From the NCBI GenBank assembly GCA_038212325.1, contig JBBQUQ010000006.1:1-60695 (forward strand): DNA of 60,695 nt. Direction: 5' to 3'. The stretch's first letter is position 1. Each line of letters opens with the position of its first letter. This DNA is from Bacteroidales bacterium. GTDB taxonomy: Bacteria; Bacteroidota; Bacteroidia; Bacteroidales; FEN-979. A model generated the notes under the pieces. The model did no database searches and had not been told where the DNA came from. It saw only the letters and a program-made list of their open reading frames with translations. Positions 38,422 to 49,403 of this stretch are shown here, piece after piece. The position numbers and the translations under genes are program-made.

Positions 38422-39906
38422 TTAAAAGGAACGGATTGCCCGAATAGAAAAACTGCTGGTTTTGGCGAATATTCCATGACTACCGCTGCCGAAATCCTGG
38501 GCCCAGGTTTCAAAGGTACTGCTTTCGGAAGAACTCCAGTAATTGGCACTGTTGAATGCACCAGCGACTGCTTTGTGGGCATAAAGTTGATTCAATTCGT
38601 CTTTTGATGGTAAAAACCAGTCGCTGTAGCCATTCAATACAAGGTCATTGCAAATGCGTCCCGCAATGCCTGCTTCACTGCAGTTGAATGTAATTGCCGC
38701 TGTATTTGACTGCCCTTTGCCAATGACGGTAAATGTGCCGCCAATCAGGGTTCCGTAACAACCTGACTGAGTTTCGGTACCTTGATCAATGGCTGCGGCA
38801 ATTAACCCGTGGTGGCCAGTGCTGTCAATATAAAAAATAATCCCACCGCCAAAACTTTGGCCAATCACCAGGGGAGGCCCGACATTCCTGAAATATACAC
38901 CCTGGTTTACGCTTGACAGAGGAGGAGCGAAGGTTTGGGTAAGATAAAAAACATCTGTCGCATAACCCGGATTATTGAGATAAATGATGGGATTTCTCTC
39001 AGATGATTGCCATGTCCCGCTGGAATTTGTCCAATAGAAACTTGCATCCGGATTGTTACACCCGGATTCGAAATCACAGAAAAGATAGAAAGGTAAACCA
39101 TAGTACGTAGATGAACATGGAGTGGCAGAAAAGGTATTTGATACGATTGAACTCCCACCAATGCATGTTGAATTTGATGTTATCTGGCAGTTCAACGTCC
39201 CTAATGTACTGGTGGTAAATGTGGCACTTGTTGCTCCCGTTACACTTGATCCATTCACGCTCCACTGATAGGCCGGATTGGAGCCACCATTGGTCGGATT
39301 TGCAATAAAAGTGTACATGGAATCATCGCAATTGGCATGGGGGGCCGCAATGGTTGACACAGTAACAGAATCCCCCTGAGCCAGTGTAATATCCTGGAAA
39401 CTCATGATACTCTTGTAACAATCATTGTAAGCCGCAACACAGATCATTCCATTGGTATTTCCAAAATTGACATTAATGGTAGCGGTGCCCTGGCCTGCAG
39501 AGATAGCAGCACCGGATGGAACAGTCCAGTGATACCCGGTTGCATTCGCCACTGGTACAACCGAACAGGAGACGCCTGACGAATTGATACAAGGGGTTGG
39601 ACTAACGCCGATAGGGCCTGGTATGGCCGGTATCCCGGTATTGCCCATCGGGACCCACCCGGCACCGTTATAATATTGCATGTCGTTGCAATCGGTGTTA
39701 TAGATCATCAACCCGATCGCAGGGGATGAAATTGCGTTACGCTTGGGGGTGGTCATCCGGGGCGGCAGAAACCCTTTATTGCTGAAATTAAGATCCAGCC
39801 CTGCCGAAGGATCCGGGGGACTGTTGGTGCTGCTGATGCCCACCTGGGCGAAGGCACCTGTTTGTGAAATCAGGAACAATATAGCTAAAAGAGCATAGGT
39901 TTTCAT
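38422..39906 (-). CDS. Secreted protein with PKD/Ig-like domains and a C-terminal DUF1566 (Lcl/C-type lectin-like) domain
   Basis: Signal peptide, AQVGI...KGFLPPRMT...GLMIYNT head, YHWTVP/YQWSVNG Ig strands, GGIIFY...DWFLPSKDEL...YWSSSE...RAIRSF. Confidence 0.8.
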   Translation of the reverse strand: MKTYALLAILFLISQTGAFAQVGISSTNSPPDPSAGLDLNFSNKGFLPPRMTTPKRNAISSPAIGLMIYNTDCNDMQYYNGAGWVPMGNTGIPAIPGPIGVSPTPCINSSGVSCSVVPVANATGYHWTVPSGAAISAGQGTATINVNFGNTNGMICVAAYNDCYKSIMSFQDITLAQGDSVTVSTIAAPHANCDDSMYTFIANPTNGGSNPAYQWSVNGSSVTGATSATFTTSTLGTLNCQITSNSTCIGGSSIVSNTFSATPCSSTYYGLPFYLFCDFESGCNNPDASFYWTNSSGTWQSSERNPIIYLNNPGYATDVFYLTQTFAPPLSSVNQGVYFRNVGPPLVIGQSFGGGIIFYIDSTGHHGLIAAAIDQGTETQSGCYGTLIGGTFTVIGKGQSNTAAITFNCSEAGIAGRICNDLVLNGYSDWFLPSKDELNQLYAHKAVAGAFNSANYWSSSESSTFETWAQDFGSGSHGIFAKTSSFSIRAIRSF

Positions 39907-39943
39907 ATCAAAATAATTTAGTCCTACTTTTAAACAATGAACG

Positions 39944-40004
39944 ACGTTGCGGCAAGCAGCGAGGTACCGCGAAAATTACTTACATGTCGCTGCAAGCAGC
40001 GAGG
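39944..40004. repeat. Two 21-bp direct repeats with an internal palindrome
   Basis: ACGTTGCGGCAAGCAGCGAGG and ATGTCGCTGCAAGCAGCGAGG, 40-bp period; copy 2 contains TCGCTGC-AA-GCAGCGA. Confidence 0.7.
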
Positions 40005-40296
40005 ACCTGATTTTAAAACTGCCCGGACAACATTGCAAAATTGTATCACTTTGGTTTGAAAAGTGTTACACAATTCCTAAAAGATTTATATAAATCCCAC
40101 CTTCAAGGGATCATCTGTTTTCGGAAAGGAGCAGGGATTCTGCAGCGCATGTCAGGGAAATCCCCATTGTTATTTTAGCAGAAGCTTACGTATAAATACC
40201 TTTCTAAATCAGGTATTTCGGCGCTTGATTCCACCCTGCCGGCCGATGTAATTTTACACCAATAAAATCAATTATAAATCTTTAGAACCAGCAATC

Positions 40297-40740
40297 ATGA
40301 AAACTTCGAAAATAATCTTCGCACTCAGTTTTGCACTGGTCTTCGCCACGGGGTTCAACGCCATGGCAGGGCAACCTAACACCATAACCGGCAAGCCGCT
40401 TGAAAATAAAGCAAATGGGGTCACCTATCTTGTCAGGGTGGAGAATGCAAACTTTATCATGAGTTTCGGCTTCAATTACCTGATCATGATCACCGACGAA
40501 ACCAGCCGCCGGGTTGCGCCTGCGCAGCCTTTTCGCCCGGGAGTGTCGGATTACAGGTTTGTTGAAGGTGGCACCGTGCGCGGCACCAGGGTGGCCTCGA
40601 TGGTGAGAATACCTTTCTCCCCTCTCAACCCGGTCATTCCTCCGACGGCCATGACCGGTATTTTCTACGGCGGATCCAGCTACCTGCTTGTGATCCATCC
40701 GTTCGCGGCCGGAACAGCAACCAGGATCGACGAGTGGTAG
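40297..40740 (+). CDS. Hypothetical secreted protein (147 aa)
   Basis: Signal peptide MKTSKIIFALSFALVFATGFNAMA; beta-rich mature part; no family recognised. Confidence 0.75.
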   Translation: MKTSKIIFALSFALVFATGFNAMAGQPNTITGKPLENKANGVTYLVRVENANFIMSFGFNYLIMITDETSRRVAPAQPFRPGVSDYRFVEGGTVRGTRVASMVRIPFSPLNPVIPPTAMTGIFYGGSSYLLVIHPFAAGTATRIDEW

Positions 40741-40743
40741 GTC

Positions 40744-43671
40744 TTATTGCCTGAATATCACTTTAAAATGCTGAATGCCTTCCGCCGTTTCAACCATCAG
40801 AATATATACGCCGGAGATAGCTTCTCCCGCAAACATCATGCGATTCATGTCGATTACATTCCTGCCCGGGCCTGCCTTGTGCTTTGATGAATGAACAACT
40901 CGTCCGGTAATTCCTGTCATCGTGAGATTGACATCGGAATTGCTTTGCTGCCATACCACGACATGTAAAATATCATCGCATGGATTCGGGTATACAAGCA
41001 TATTGCGTGATAACTGGAGTTCCTTGCCGGGTATAGCGATCAGGGTTGAATCGTAACCACCCGAGAGGCAAACCACCCCGCCGTTGCGGCCGCCCACCAC
41101 CAGTTCCATGCTGTTATCGCCGGCGATATCGGGGATTGCATCCAGCGCATCGATGGGCGTGTTGCCGATGACCGAATTCAACGTTTCACCACTGCTGCCA
41201 TCCATGAAGTAGGTTCGGTTATCGCTGTAAAGGGTTCCTATGGCGGCGTCGTTGGACCCGTCCCACGTGATATCGCCCATGTTGGTCACATTCCATGATT
41301 TATCCGACAGGGGCTTCTGCCAGAGGATGCCGGCATCGTAGCCGTTGATCATCACCCCCTGGGCGCCGCTGTGTGCCACCAGGAAATCAGGATGGCCGTC
41401 GCTGTTCACATCACCCATGTCTTCAAACCGGAGAATGAGGGCATTCGATTGCACGAGGGTGGTTTTTTCGCGCACTCCGGTTACGATGTTGTGAAAGTAA
41501 ACGTTACCTGAATAATCGCCCGAAGCCACATCCTTTTTCCCGTCGCCGGTAAAATCATCAATCTGCAGCAGCGCCCAGGTTGATGAGCCCATCGGGATAT
41601 TGGTCCACTGGATGGTTCCGTTTGCGCCATTGATCCCGTAAACTCTCGATTGTGCCTGGCTGGAACTCGTAGCGCCTGCTACCACATCCGGTTGGCCGTC
41701 GCCCGTGAAATCCTCAACGCCGATGACCGAAAAAACAGCGCCTTCGGTCGCACAGGTCCAGATTGGCTGTCCGTTCAGGCTGTTCAGGCAAAATACACGC
41801 TTCGGGCCGGTCCCGTTGCCATCGTCGCCTGCGCAGGCCAGCACATCGGGAACGCCATCGCCGTTATAGTCGTGTGTTATATCCACCTGGTAAATCCAGC
41901 CGCCACCGCCAAATGCATGGGTGTCGTAACGCCAGAGGGGAGCGCCGGTTTTGCCCGAAAGCGCCCGTACTGACCTGTCGCCCCCGGTGGTGCCTGCAAC
42001 AACATCCTGGTAGCCATCGTTGTCGATGTCGGCCATGATGGCCAATGAATTCTGGTTGTAGACATTGCCGGAGTAAATCTCAGTCGCCCACATCAGGTCG
42101 GCCTCGCCAGAGGAGTTGCCGTTGAAACACCGGATGTAATTGTCTTCTGATGAGATGATCACATCGTCGACCCCATCGCCGGTGATGTCGCCGATCGGCC
42201 TGATTCCCTTCGGACTGGAATCGAATGCGCCGGTGATGAAGTAGCTCCACAATGGGGTGCCTATTGGGTAAACCGTATCAATCCCTTCTCCCTGAAGGTC
42301 GACGATGAAGGTGCTCTGAACAGGATCGTTGGAGCCGATGCTCAGGATTCCCGAATACTGGATGCCGGAAGCCGGGTGAAACCATAATCCAATTGTGGCG
42401 GTCTGCAAGGGCACCAGCGTGATTGGCAGGGTTACCGAATCGTCGAGGATAAAAACGGGATCTGACAATGCCAGGCTGGTAATGGCCAGGTTTGCATTGC
42501 CGTTGTTGTTCACATGGAGATACCACCGGGAATAAGCTCCTTTGCGACGGTAACCCCAATCGTGCAGGGTGTCGGCAATATTGATATGGGGGCCGCCGAT
42601 CACTGCATTCCCGGTAAGGTGTACCGTCACGGTTGGATGAACCGGATCGCCGGAGTTGATGTAAACATCGGTGCTGAGCGCTCCGGGTACCACCGGGCTG
42701 TAAACGATGGGCATCGTCACGGAACCGCCGGGGGGGATCGTCACCGGAAAGGTCATAGTGGTGGAAACCGGTTCCCCGGCCATGACACCCAGGCTGTTGA
42801 GCACCAGGCTGGCGGTGCCGGTATTTTGCACCTGGCAATTCCAGGTTGCCGAAGTTCCGGTTGTAACAGTGCCGTAATCGTGCGAGGTGACTGGCACGGT
42901 TATCACCGGTGTTCCTGACCCAAGCAGGTCTACCTTGTACAGGGTGCTGTTCGAACCAAGTTCGCCGGCACAATACCAGAGGTAGGTACCATCGTATACC
43001 ACGCCTGATGGTTTAAGAATCTGCGAGGCATGGCTTTCGAGAAGCGAACCGGTTTCGGAGACCTTGTAGAGCATGTTGCCATTATAATCTGCAATCCAGA
43101 GGTCGCTGCCCTGCAGGCAGATGTCCCATGGCTGGGTATTCGGCGGTACAAACTGCGACAGAACGGTACCGGAGGAGTTTATATGGTATACCGTTCCCGG
43201 GTCGGGATAGTAGGTGCAGACCCAATAGCTGCCATTGTCATGGGCGATTCCCGACATATAGTGGTTGGGCAGGGTGATGGTCGAAACCTGGCTGCCGGCC
43301 AGGGTAAATTCCATTGCAAGGGCCGGTTGCGACGAATTCGACGGCTGGCTGATCGTCACCAGGTTTGGGCCTTTGTAGCTCAGGCCGAAGGCATCGATGA
43401 ACGGACCCGTGCACTGCAGGGTATTGGTGCCATCGGCCGGATTGAACCGGTGCACATTGCTCCCGTTTGCCCCGTAAATCCCGAAATAGATATAGGTTCC
43501 GTCCCAGGCCAATCCCGAGGCCTTGCCCGGTATGGTATAGGAGGCAACAATCGACCATGAGGCCGGCGATGATGGCATGGCCGGAATCTGAGCCTGCATT
43601 AAGACTGGCAGCCATATGATGCAACAGAGCATAACACTGGCCAACTGCAATTTAAATCCTGGTTTTGTCAT
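40744..43671 (-). CDS. T9SS-secreted protein: N-terminal beta-propeller, two ASH/choice-of-anchor-D-like Ig domains, FG-GAP/PQQ-like propeller, type A CTD
   Basis: GLAWDG/GIAHDN blades, NTGTASL/NNGNANL, many DxxGDGxxD Ca-loops, VYPNP...GVYIL...FKVIFRQ. Confidence 0.85.
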   Translation of the reverse strand: MTKPGFKLQLASVMLCCIIWLPVLMQAQIPAMPSSPASWSIVASYTIPGKASGLAWDGTYIYFGIYGANGSNVHRFNPADGTNTLQCTGPFIDAFGLSYKGPNLVTISQPSNSSQPALAMEFTLAGSQVSTITLPNHYMSGIAHDNGSYWVCTYYPDPGTVYHINSSGTVLSQFVPPNTQPWDICLQGSDLWIADYNGNMLYKVSETGSLLESHASQILKPSGVVYDGTYLWYCAGELGSNSTLYKVDLLGSGTPVITVPVTSHDYGTVTTGTSATWNCQVQNTGTASLVLNSLGVMAGEPVSTTMTFPVTIPPGGSVTMPIVYSPVVPGALSTDVYINSGDPVHPTVTVHLTGNAVIGGPHINIADTLHDWGYRRKGAYSRWYLHVNNNGNANLAITSLALSDPVFILDDSVTLPITLVPLQTATIGLWFHPASGIQYSGILSIGSNDPVQSTFIVDLQGEGIDTVYPIGTPLWSYFITGAFDSSPKGIRPIGDITGDGVDDVIISSEDNYIRCFNGNSSGEADLMWATEIYSGNVYNQNSLAIMADIDNDGYQDVVAGTTGGDRSVRALSGKTGAPLWRYDTHAFGGGGWIYQVDITHDYNGDGVPDVLACAGDDGNGTGPKRVFCLNSLNGQPIWTCATEGAVFSVIGVEDFTGDGQPDVVAGATSSSQAQSRVYGINGANGTIQWTNIPMGSSTWALLQIDDFTGDGKKDVASGDYSGNVYFHNIVTGVREKTTLVQSNALILRFEDMGDVNSDGHPDFLVAHSGAQGVMINGYDAGILWQKPLSDKSWNVTNMGDITWDGSNDAAIGTLYSDNRTYFMDGSSGETLNSVIGNTPIDALDAIPDIAGDNSMELVVGGRNGGVVCLSGGYDSTLIAIPGKELQLSRNMLVYPNPCDDILHVVVWQQSNSDVNLTMTGITGRVVHSSKHKAGPGRNVIDMNRMMFAGEAISGVYILMVETAEGIQHFKVIFRQ

Positions 43672-43841
43672 ATTTATTTGATTTCATAACCTGATTTCCA
43701 GATAGAGGAAGGTGAATCAACATGTAAATATAATAAGAATTCTGGAACGGACTGTAAAAAATTGTACTTACCCCTGCCAATGGGTGAAGATACCTGGGCA
43801 GAATGGGGAGATTTTCTTAACTTGCATGCGATTATAAAAAG

Positions 43842-46097
43842 ATGCAAAAACTAACTCAGGCCATACTCAAATCCAGGTGGATTGTGATCGTTTCAGTGAT
43901 CCTGATAACGGCAGCCCTGGGTTACCAGATCAAAAATATCAGGATCAATTCAGACGTGATCAGTTCGCTGCCCGATGATGATCCTCATGCGTCGCTGCTC
44001 AAAAAGGTGGGGGAACGGTTTGGCGGGAATAAAATGGGCATGGTGATTCTGGCATGCAACGATGTGTTCACCAGGGAGGTGATCACCCATGTGCGGCAGG
44101 TCACCGATTCGCTGAAAACAGTCGACGGGATCTCTTCCGTGACCAGCCTCACCAATATCATCGAAATCAGGGAAGGCGGCGACGGCGTTGAAATAACCTC
44201 ACTGATCGCCGACGGTGAAATACCGGAAACACCCGAAGATCTGGCTAGCCTTAAGGAGCGGGTGCTTTCGAGGGAGATGTACCGGGGGGCGATAGTTTCA
44301 GAAGACGGAACTGCAACCATCATCATTTTCTCTCTGAAGGATGACGCCGATATCCGGCTGGTTGCCAGGAAGGTTCAGGACATTACAGCGGCACTGAAGC
44401 TTCCTGAAAAAATTTACTACGCCGGATCGCCCATGATGATCACCTCGATCTCAAGGCTGATCTCCACCGACCTGATCCGGCTGATCCCCGTCGCCTTCCT
44501 CGTGATCGCTTTTGTCCTGTTTTTAGGCTTCCGGTCGGCCAGGGGGGTGATCCTGCCCATGCTTACATCCGGCATTGCCATCGTGTGGGCGATCGGGATC
44601 ATGGCGCTGGGTGGCTTCGCCATGTCGATGATCACCAACAACATCCCGATTATTCTGCTTGCCGTCGGAAGCGCTTACACCATTCATGTACTGAACCGCA
44701 TAGAGCAGGTGAAAGACCATGATAAGCATTCGGCAATCACACTCGCCATGGTCTCCATCGCAGTGCCCGTGCTGCTGGCTGCCTTGACAACCATTACCGG
44801 GTTTGTCTCTTTTATTTTCGGGTCGTACCTGACCATGATCAGGGATTTTGGCATTTTTACCGCATTGGGCACCCTTTTCACGGTCATCCTTGCACTGTTT
44901 TTTGTGCCTGCAGTTGTCGCAGTGTTGCCTTATAAAAAGCCGGGCAGCACATCCGGACCAGGAGAAGACGAGCTCTCCCTCCTTTACCGCCTCCTGCTTA
45001 CGCCTCTTCAAAAGCTTCTGCTGAAACATCCTAAAAACATCCTCATCACCTGGGGGTTTCTTTTCCTGGCCGGGATCGGGGGCATATTCCTGATCCAGCG
45101 CAATGTGGATATCAAGGCCTATTTCAAGAAAGGGAACCCGACACGGGTTGCGGAAGAGATCATGACCGAAAAATTTGGCGGCACAAAGCCCGTTTTTGTT
45201 TTGTTCAAGGGCGACATGCAAAGCCCGGAGGTGCTGAACACCATGATCCGCATGGAGAACTACATGAAGAAAAGCCCTGATATCCTTACAACGCAGTCGG
45301 TGGCCGGCCTCATCGTCGAGCTTAACAATGCCCTGGGTGAAGGACGAAAAATACCCGACAACAAGGAGAAGATTGAACAGCTTTGGTTTCTGCTCGATGG
45401 CAATGAGATCATGCGCCGCTTTGTTACGGAAGACCTGACGGAGGGGGTGATCGTTTCAAAATTCATCTCCGCCGACAACGAGTCGAAGAAAAAATTTGCC
45501 GATTACATGGGGCAGTTCATCCGTGAAAACTCAACACCATCCTGTACCATTGAGATCACCGGCATGCCCTTCATCGATATCACCATGGACAGGAGCCTGT
45601 TGCTCAGCCAGATGGGAAGTCTTCTCATCGCCATGTTGTTTGTTGTCCTGATCGTTGGCGTGTCGCTCCGTTCAAGGTCGTCGGGGATCTTTGCCGCGAT
45701 CCCTATCCTCGCTGCCATCGTTATTCTTTTCGGCGTGATGGGCTTTTCGGGCATCCCGCTGAATATGGCTACCGTGCTGGTGGCAAGCATCGCCCTGGGC
45801 ATCGGAATTGATTATTCGATCCATGTCATTTCTCATTTCAACCATGCACTTACCCTCGGGGAATCTGCAGAACAGGCGCTGTCGACAACCATCGGCATCA
45901 GCGGAAAAGCCATTGTCATCAATATTGCCGCAGTTGCCGCAGGTTTTTTGGTACTGCTCTTTTCTGAAATGGTGCCTCTCCGGTATTTCGGATTGCTGAT
46001 CTCATTAAGCATGATCGGGTCGGGCCTTGGGGCATTGACCCTGCTGCCGGTCATCCTGATTCTCGCAAACAGAAAACAGCAGTCGCTCAGATCCTGA
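43842..46097 (+). CDS. MMPL/RND family transporter
   Basis: Two MMPL halves; AVGSAYTIH, AALTTITGFVSF, GIGIDYSIH, AGFLVLLFS. Confidence 0.9.
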   Translation: MQKLTQAILKSRWIVIVSVILITAALGYQIKNIRINSDVISSLPDDDPHASLLKKVGERFGGNKMGMVILACNDVFTREVITHVRQVTDSLKTVDGISSVTSLTNIIEIREGGDGVEITSLIADGEIPETPEDLASLKERVLSREMYRGAIVSEDGTATIIIFSLKDDADIRLVARKVQDITAALKLPEKIYYAGSPMMITSISRLISTDLIRLIPVAFLVIAFVLFLGFRSARGVILPMLTSGIAIVWAIGIMALGGFAMSMITNNIPIILLAVGSAYTIHVLNRIEQVKDHDKHSAITLAMVSIAVPVLLAALTTITGFVSFIFGSYLTMIRDFGIFTALGTLFTVILALFFVPAVVAVLPYKKPGSTSGPGEDELSLLYRLLLTPLQKLLLKHPKNILITWGFLFLAGIGGIFLIQRNVDIKAYFKKGNPTRVAEEIMTEKFGGTKPVFVLFKGDMQSPEVLNTMIRMENYMKKSPDILTTQSVAGLIVELNNALGEGRKIPDNKEKIEQLWFLLDGNEIMRRFVTEDLTEGVIVSKFISADNESKKKFADYMGQFIRENSTPSCTIEITGMPFIDITMDRSLLLSQMGSLLIAMLFVVLIVGVSLRSRSSGIFAAIPILAAIVILFGVMGFSGIPLNMATVLVASIALGIGIDYSIHVISHFNHALTLGESAEQALSTTIGISGKAIVINIAAVAAGFLVLLFSEMVPLRYFGLLISLSMIGSGLGALTLLPVILILANRKQQSLRS

Positions 46098-46118
46098 CCC
46101 AATAATTTAGACCAACCC

Positions 46119-46856
46119 ATGAAACGAACATATCAAATTACGCTCCTGGCTGCATGCTTTTTTTTAACCGGAATATTGCAGGCCCCTGCCCAGGATGCCG
46201 GTGCCATTCTGGCTAAAATGGACAAGATCATGTTCTCTCCGAAAGACAAGCAAGGGATTGTCAAAATCATCCTGTCCGACAAAGGCGGGAAGGAAAAGAT
46301 ACGCGAGGCCACCATGATGCAAAAAGGGCGCGACAAAAAACTCTACCGCTATACACAGCCGGAATCGCAGGCGGGGATCGCCACCCTGTCGCTGCCCGGT
46401 GATGTGATGTGGCTATATATGCCGGCCTTCGGGAAGCCAAAGAAGATTTCGCTGCTGGCGAGAAGCCAGTCGTTTACCGGCACCGATTTTTCGTATGAGG
46501 ACATGGCGACCATTCCTTTTGCCGACCGCTATACTCCTGAACTTGTGAAAACGGAAAACACCGTGTATGTAATGCAGCTCGTGCCAAAATCTGACAAATC
46601 GAAATACTCAAAGGTCGTGGTAAAAGTAGATAAAACAAATGGCTTTCCCTTGCAGATGGAATACTACGACAAGCGGGGTAAAAAATTCAAAGAGGCAACT
46701 TACCGGTATGAAAAAAACGGGACTTACTGGAATGCCACCGAAGTGGTGATGACCGACCTCGAAAAAAAGCACAGCACGAAAATACTCCTCACCGAGGTGA
46801 AATTCGACCAGGGACTGGCCGATGACCTGTTCACCGTAGAGAAATTAAAGAAGTAG
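46119..46856 (+). CDS. LolA-like outer-membrane lipoprotein-sorting protein
   Basis: Signal peptide; MWLYMPAFGKPKKI, SFTGTDFSYEDM, EYYDKRGKKFK; directly follows the MMPL gene. Confidence 0.85.
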   Translation: MKRTYQITLLAACFFLTGILQAPAQDAGAILAKMDKIMFSPKDKQGIVKIILSDKGGKEKIREATMMQKGRDKKLYRYTQPESQAGIATLSLPGDVMWLYMPAFGKPKKISLLARSQSFTGTDFSYEDMATIPFADRYTPELVKTENTVYVMQLVPKSDKSKYSKVVVKVDKTNGFPLQMEYYDKRGKKFKEATYRYEKNGTYWNATEVVMTDLEKKHSTKILLTEVKFDQGLADDLFTVEKLKK

Positions 46857-46875
46857 TTGATTTTTGTAAGCCTGT

Positions 46876-47766
46876 TTACCCTTTCAGAGCCTCTGCACCT
46901 GATACAATTTCGAGGATGGCATTGGTGATGGCATTCTGGCGGGCCTTGTTGTAAGAGATGTTAAGGTCGCGCAGGATATCCTTAGCGTTTTCGGTAGCCT
47001 TTTGCATGGCGGTCATCCTGGCTCCCTGCTCGGAGGCATATGAATCAAGCACCGCTTTGAAAAGCTGAATGCGCAGGGTTTTCGGTATCAGCTCGCGCAC
47101 AATGGTCTCTTTGTCGGGCTCAAAAATGTAGTCCGGCTCCACCTTTACATCCGGTGTTCCGGCCGCCTCCTGCGGTGGTGCGATGGGAAGGAATTGCTCG
47201 ACGATCAACCGCTGCACGGCCGCATTTTTGAACTGGTTATAGATCAGGTCAATCCGGTCAAAATCTTTGGCAGCAAAGCCTTTCATCAGTTTTTCGGCAA
47301 TAACAGATGCATTGGCGAAGGTAAGCTGGTCAAAGAGTTCATCGTGCGATTCGATGACATTGAATTTTCTTTTGCGGAAATACTCTGTGGCCTTGCGCCC
47401 GAGGGTGATCAGGCTAACATTGTTGTTAAGAAATTGCTGGTGATATGCGGTTGCGGTAAGGCTCACGGCCATTTTGATGATGTTGGAGTTGAAGGCTCCG
47501 CAAAGTCCGCGGTTGGAGGCAATCACGATCAGCAGTACTTTTTCAGGCTTGCGTTCCTGGGAGAATACATTTTCGTCGGAACTGTCGATGCTGGCGCTGA
47601 GATTCTGCAATATTTCACGGAGTTTGCCGGCATAAGGCCTTAATTTGATGATGGCCGTCTGCGCCTTGCGCAGCTTGGAGGCCGCCACCATTTTCATGGC
47701 ATTGGTGATCTGCTGGGTTGATTTTACCGATGCAATGCGAATACGTACTTCCTTGAGTCCGGCCAT
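46876..47766 (-). CDS. atpG: ATP synthase F1 gamma subunit
   Basis: QITNAMKMVAASKL, RGLCGAFN, SEQGARMTAM, ARQNAITNAILEI. Confidence 0.97.
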   Translation of the reverse strand: MAGLKEVRIRIASVKSTQQITNAMKMVAASKLRKAQTAIIKLRPYAGKLREILQNLSASIDSSDENVFSQERKPEKVLLIVIASNRGLCGAFNSNIIKMAVSLTATAYHQQFLNNNVSLITLGRKATEYFRKRKFNVIESHDELFDQLTFANASVIAEKLMKGFAAKDFDRIDLIYNQFKNAAVQRLIVEQFLPIAPPQEAAGTPDVKVEPDYIFEPDKETIVRELIPKTLRIQLFKAVLDSYASEQGARMTAMQKATENAKDILRDLNISYNKARQNAITNAILEIVSGAEALKG

Positions 47767-47775
47767 TTCTGTTCC

Positions 47776-49365
47776 TTATTTCTTTTCCTCGTATTTTCTG
47801 GACAGCTCTTTTGCAACTTCTTCCATGGTTTTGATATCCTCGTCCAGGAGTTTGCCGGCTTTCAGGTTGGAAAGCACTTCCTGGTGCTTTTCTTCCATAA
47901 AATGCAGGTATTCGATCTCGAAATTTCCAACGTTCCGAACCGGTATGTTGCGCAGCAGGCCTCGTGTTCCGCAAAAGATGATGGCAATCTGCTTTTCAAC
48001 CGACATCGGCGAATATTGGGGTTGCTTCAGAATTTCAACGTTGCGCGCTCCTTTGTCGAGCACCGCCTTGGTGGCGGCATCGAGGTCGGAACCAAATTTC
48101 GAAAACGCTTCCAGTTCGCGATATTCGGCCTGGTCGAGCTTAAGCGTGCCTGCGATCTTTTTCATCGATTTGATCTGTGCGTTCCCCCCTACCCGTGATA
48201 CCGAAATTCCCACGTTGATGGCAGGGCGGATGCCGGCGTTGAACAGTCCTGTTTCCAGGAAGATCTGGCCGTCGGTGATGGAGATCACATTGGTCGGGAT
48301 ATATGCCGATACGTCGCCGGCCTGAGTTTCAATGATGGGCAGCGCGGTTAGCGATCCTCCGCCTTTGACCATATCTTTCAGGGTTGCCGGAAGGTCGTTC
48401 ATCTGGCGGGCAATGTCGTCGGATGAAATAACCCTTGCGGCACGTTCGAGCAGCCGCGAGTGGAGATAAAACACGTCGCCGGGATAGGCTTCGCGGCCGG
48501 GTGGACGGCGCAGCAGCAGGGAAACTTCGCGATAGGCGACCGCCTGTTTCGAAAGGTCGTCATAAATAACGAGGGCAGGCCTTCCTGTGTCGCGGAAGAA
48601 TTCGCCGATGGCCGCCCCGGCAAACGGTGCGTAATACTGCATGGCGGCAGGATCGGATGCGGTTGAAGAAACGACCACGGTATAGGCCATCGCTCCTTTC
48701 TCTTCAAGTGTTTTTACGATGTTGGCAACCGTCGAGCCTTTCTGGCCTACAGCCACGTAAATGCAAAACACGGTTTCTCCTTTTGCGTGAAACTCCTTCT
48801 GATTGATGATGGTATCAATGGCAATAGCTGTTTTCCCGGTCTGGCGGTCGCCGATGATCAGCTCACGCTGTCCGCGGCCGATCGGGATCATCGCATCGAT
48901 CGGCTTGATCCCCGTTTGCAATGGCTGGTTTACCGGCTGGCGGTAGATAACTCCCGGCGCTTTGCGTTCGAGCGGCATTTCGTACCGAATACCTTCGATC
49001 TTTCCCTTTCCGTCGATGGGCTCGCCCAGGGTATTGACCACCCTGCCGAGAAGGCCTTCACCAACTTCAATGGAGGCGATACGGCGGGTACGTTTAACAA
49101 CATCACCCTCCTTTATTTCAAGGTAATCGCCGAGCAAAACTGCGCCGACATTGTCGGCCTCAAGGTTGAGCACGATGCCTTTCAGGCCGTTTTTCTCAAA
49201 TTCTATCAGCTCGCCGCTTTCAACATTGTTCATGCCATAAATGCGGGCGATGCCGTCGCCTACCGTCAGCACGGTGCCGACCTCTTCCAGTTCTGTTTCA
49301 CTCTGGTAACCGGCAAGTTCCCTGCGTAAAATCGCCGTAACTTCTGCGGGTTTAATATCTGCCAT
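47776..49365 (-). CDS. atpA: ATP synthase F1 alpha subunit
   Basis: [30 protein letters not shown]. Confidence 0.98.
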   Translation of the reverse strand: MADIKPAEVTAILRRELAGYQSETELEEVGTVLTVGDGIARIYGMNNVESGELIEFEKNGLKGIVLNLEADNVGAVLLGDYLEIKEGDVVKRTRRIASIEVGEGLLGRVVNTLGEPIDGKGKIEGIRYEMPLERKAPGVIYRQPVNQPLQTGIKPIDAMIPIGRGQRELIIGDRQTGKTAIAIDTIINQKEFHAKGETVFCIYVAVGQKGSTVANIVKTLEEKGAMAYTVVVSSTASDPAAMQYYAPFAGAAIGEFFRDTGRPALVIYDDLSKQAVAYREVSLLLRRPPGREAYPGDVFYLHSRLLERAARVISSDDIARQMNDLPATLKDMVKGGGSLTALPIIETQAGDVSAYIPTNVISITDGQIFLETGLFNAGIRPAINVGISVSRVGGNAQIKSMKKIAGTLKLDQAEYRELEAFSKFGSDLDAATKAVLDKGARNVEILKQPQYSPMSVEKQIAIIFCGTRGLLRNIPVRNVGNFEIEYLHFMEEKHQEVLSNLKAGKLLDEDIKTMEEVAKELSRKYEEKK

Positions 49366-49403
49366 AGTTTAAAAATTAAATAGTGAAATGGCGAAATGGT
49401 GAA

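Noticed and set aside
38422-39906. DUF1566/C-type lectin C-terminus as a diversity-generating retroelement target
   Set aside because: No reverse transcriptase and no adenine-variant template copy of the 3' end seen in the window
39944-40004. Possible mini CRISPR array
   Set aside because: Only two 21-bp repeats with a 19-bp spacer and no cas genes
47645-48325. 226-aa ORF antisense to atpA, and similar long shadow ORFs (16261-17088, 24327-25025, 10155-10829, 49974-50660)
   Set aside because: They lie opposite well-conserved genes, have no recognisable motifs and are expected from codon bias
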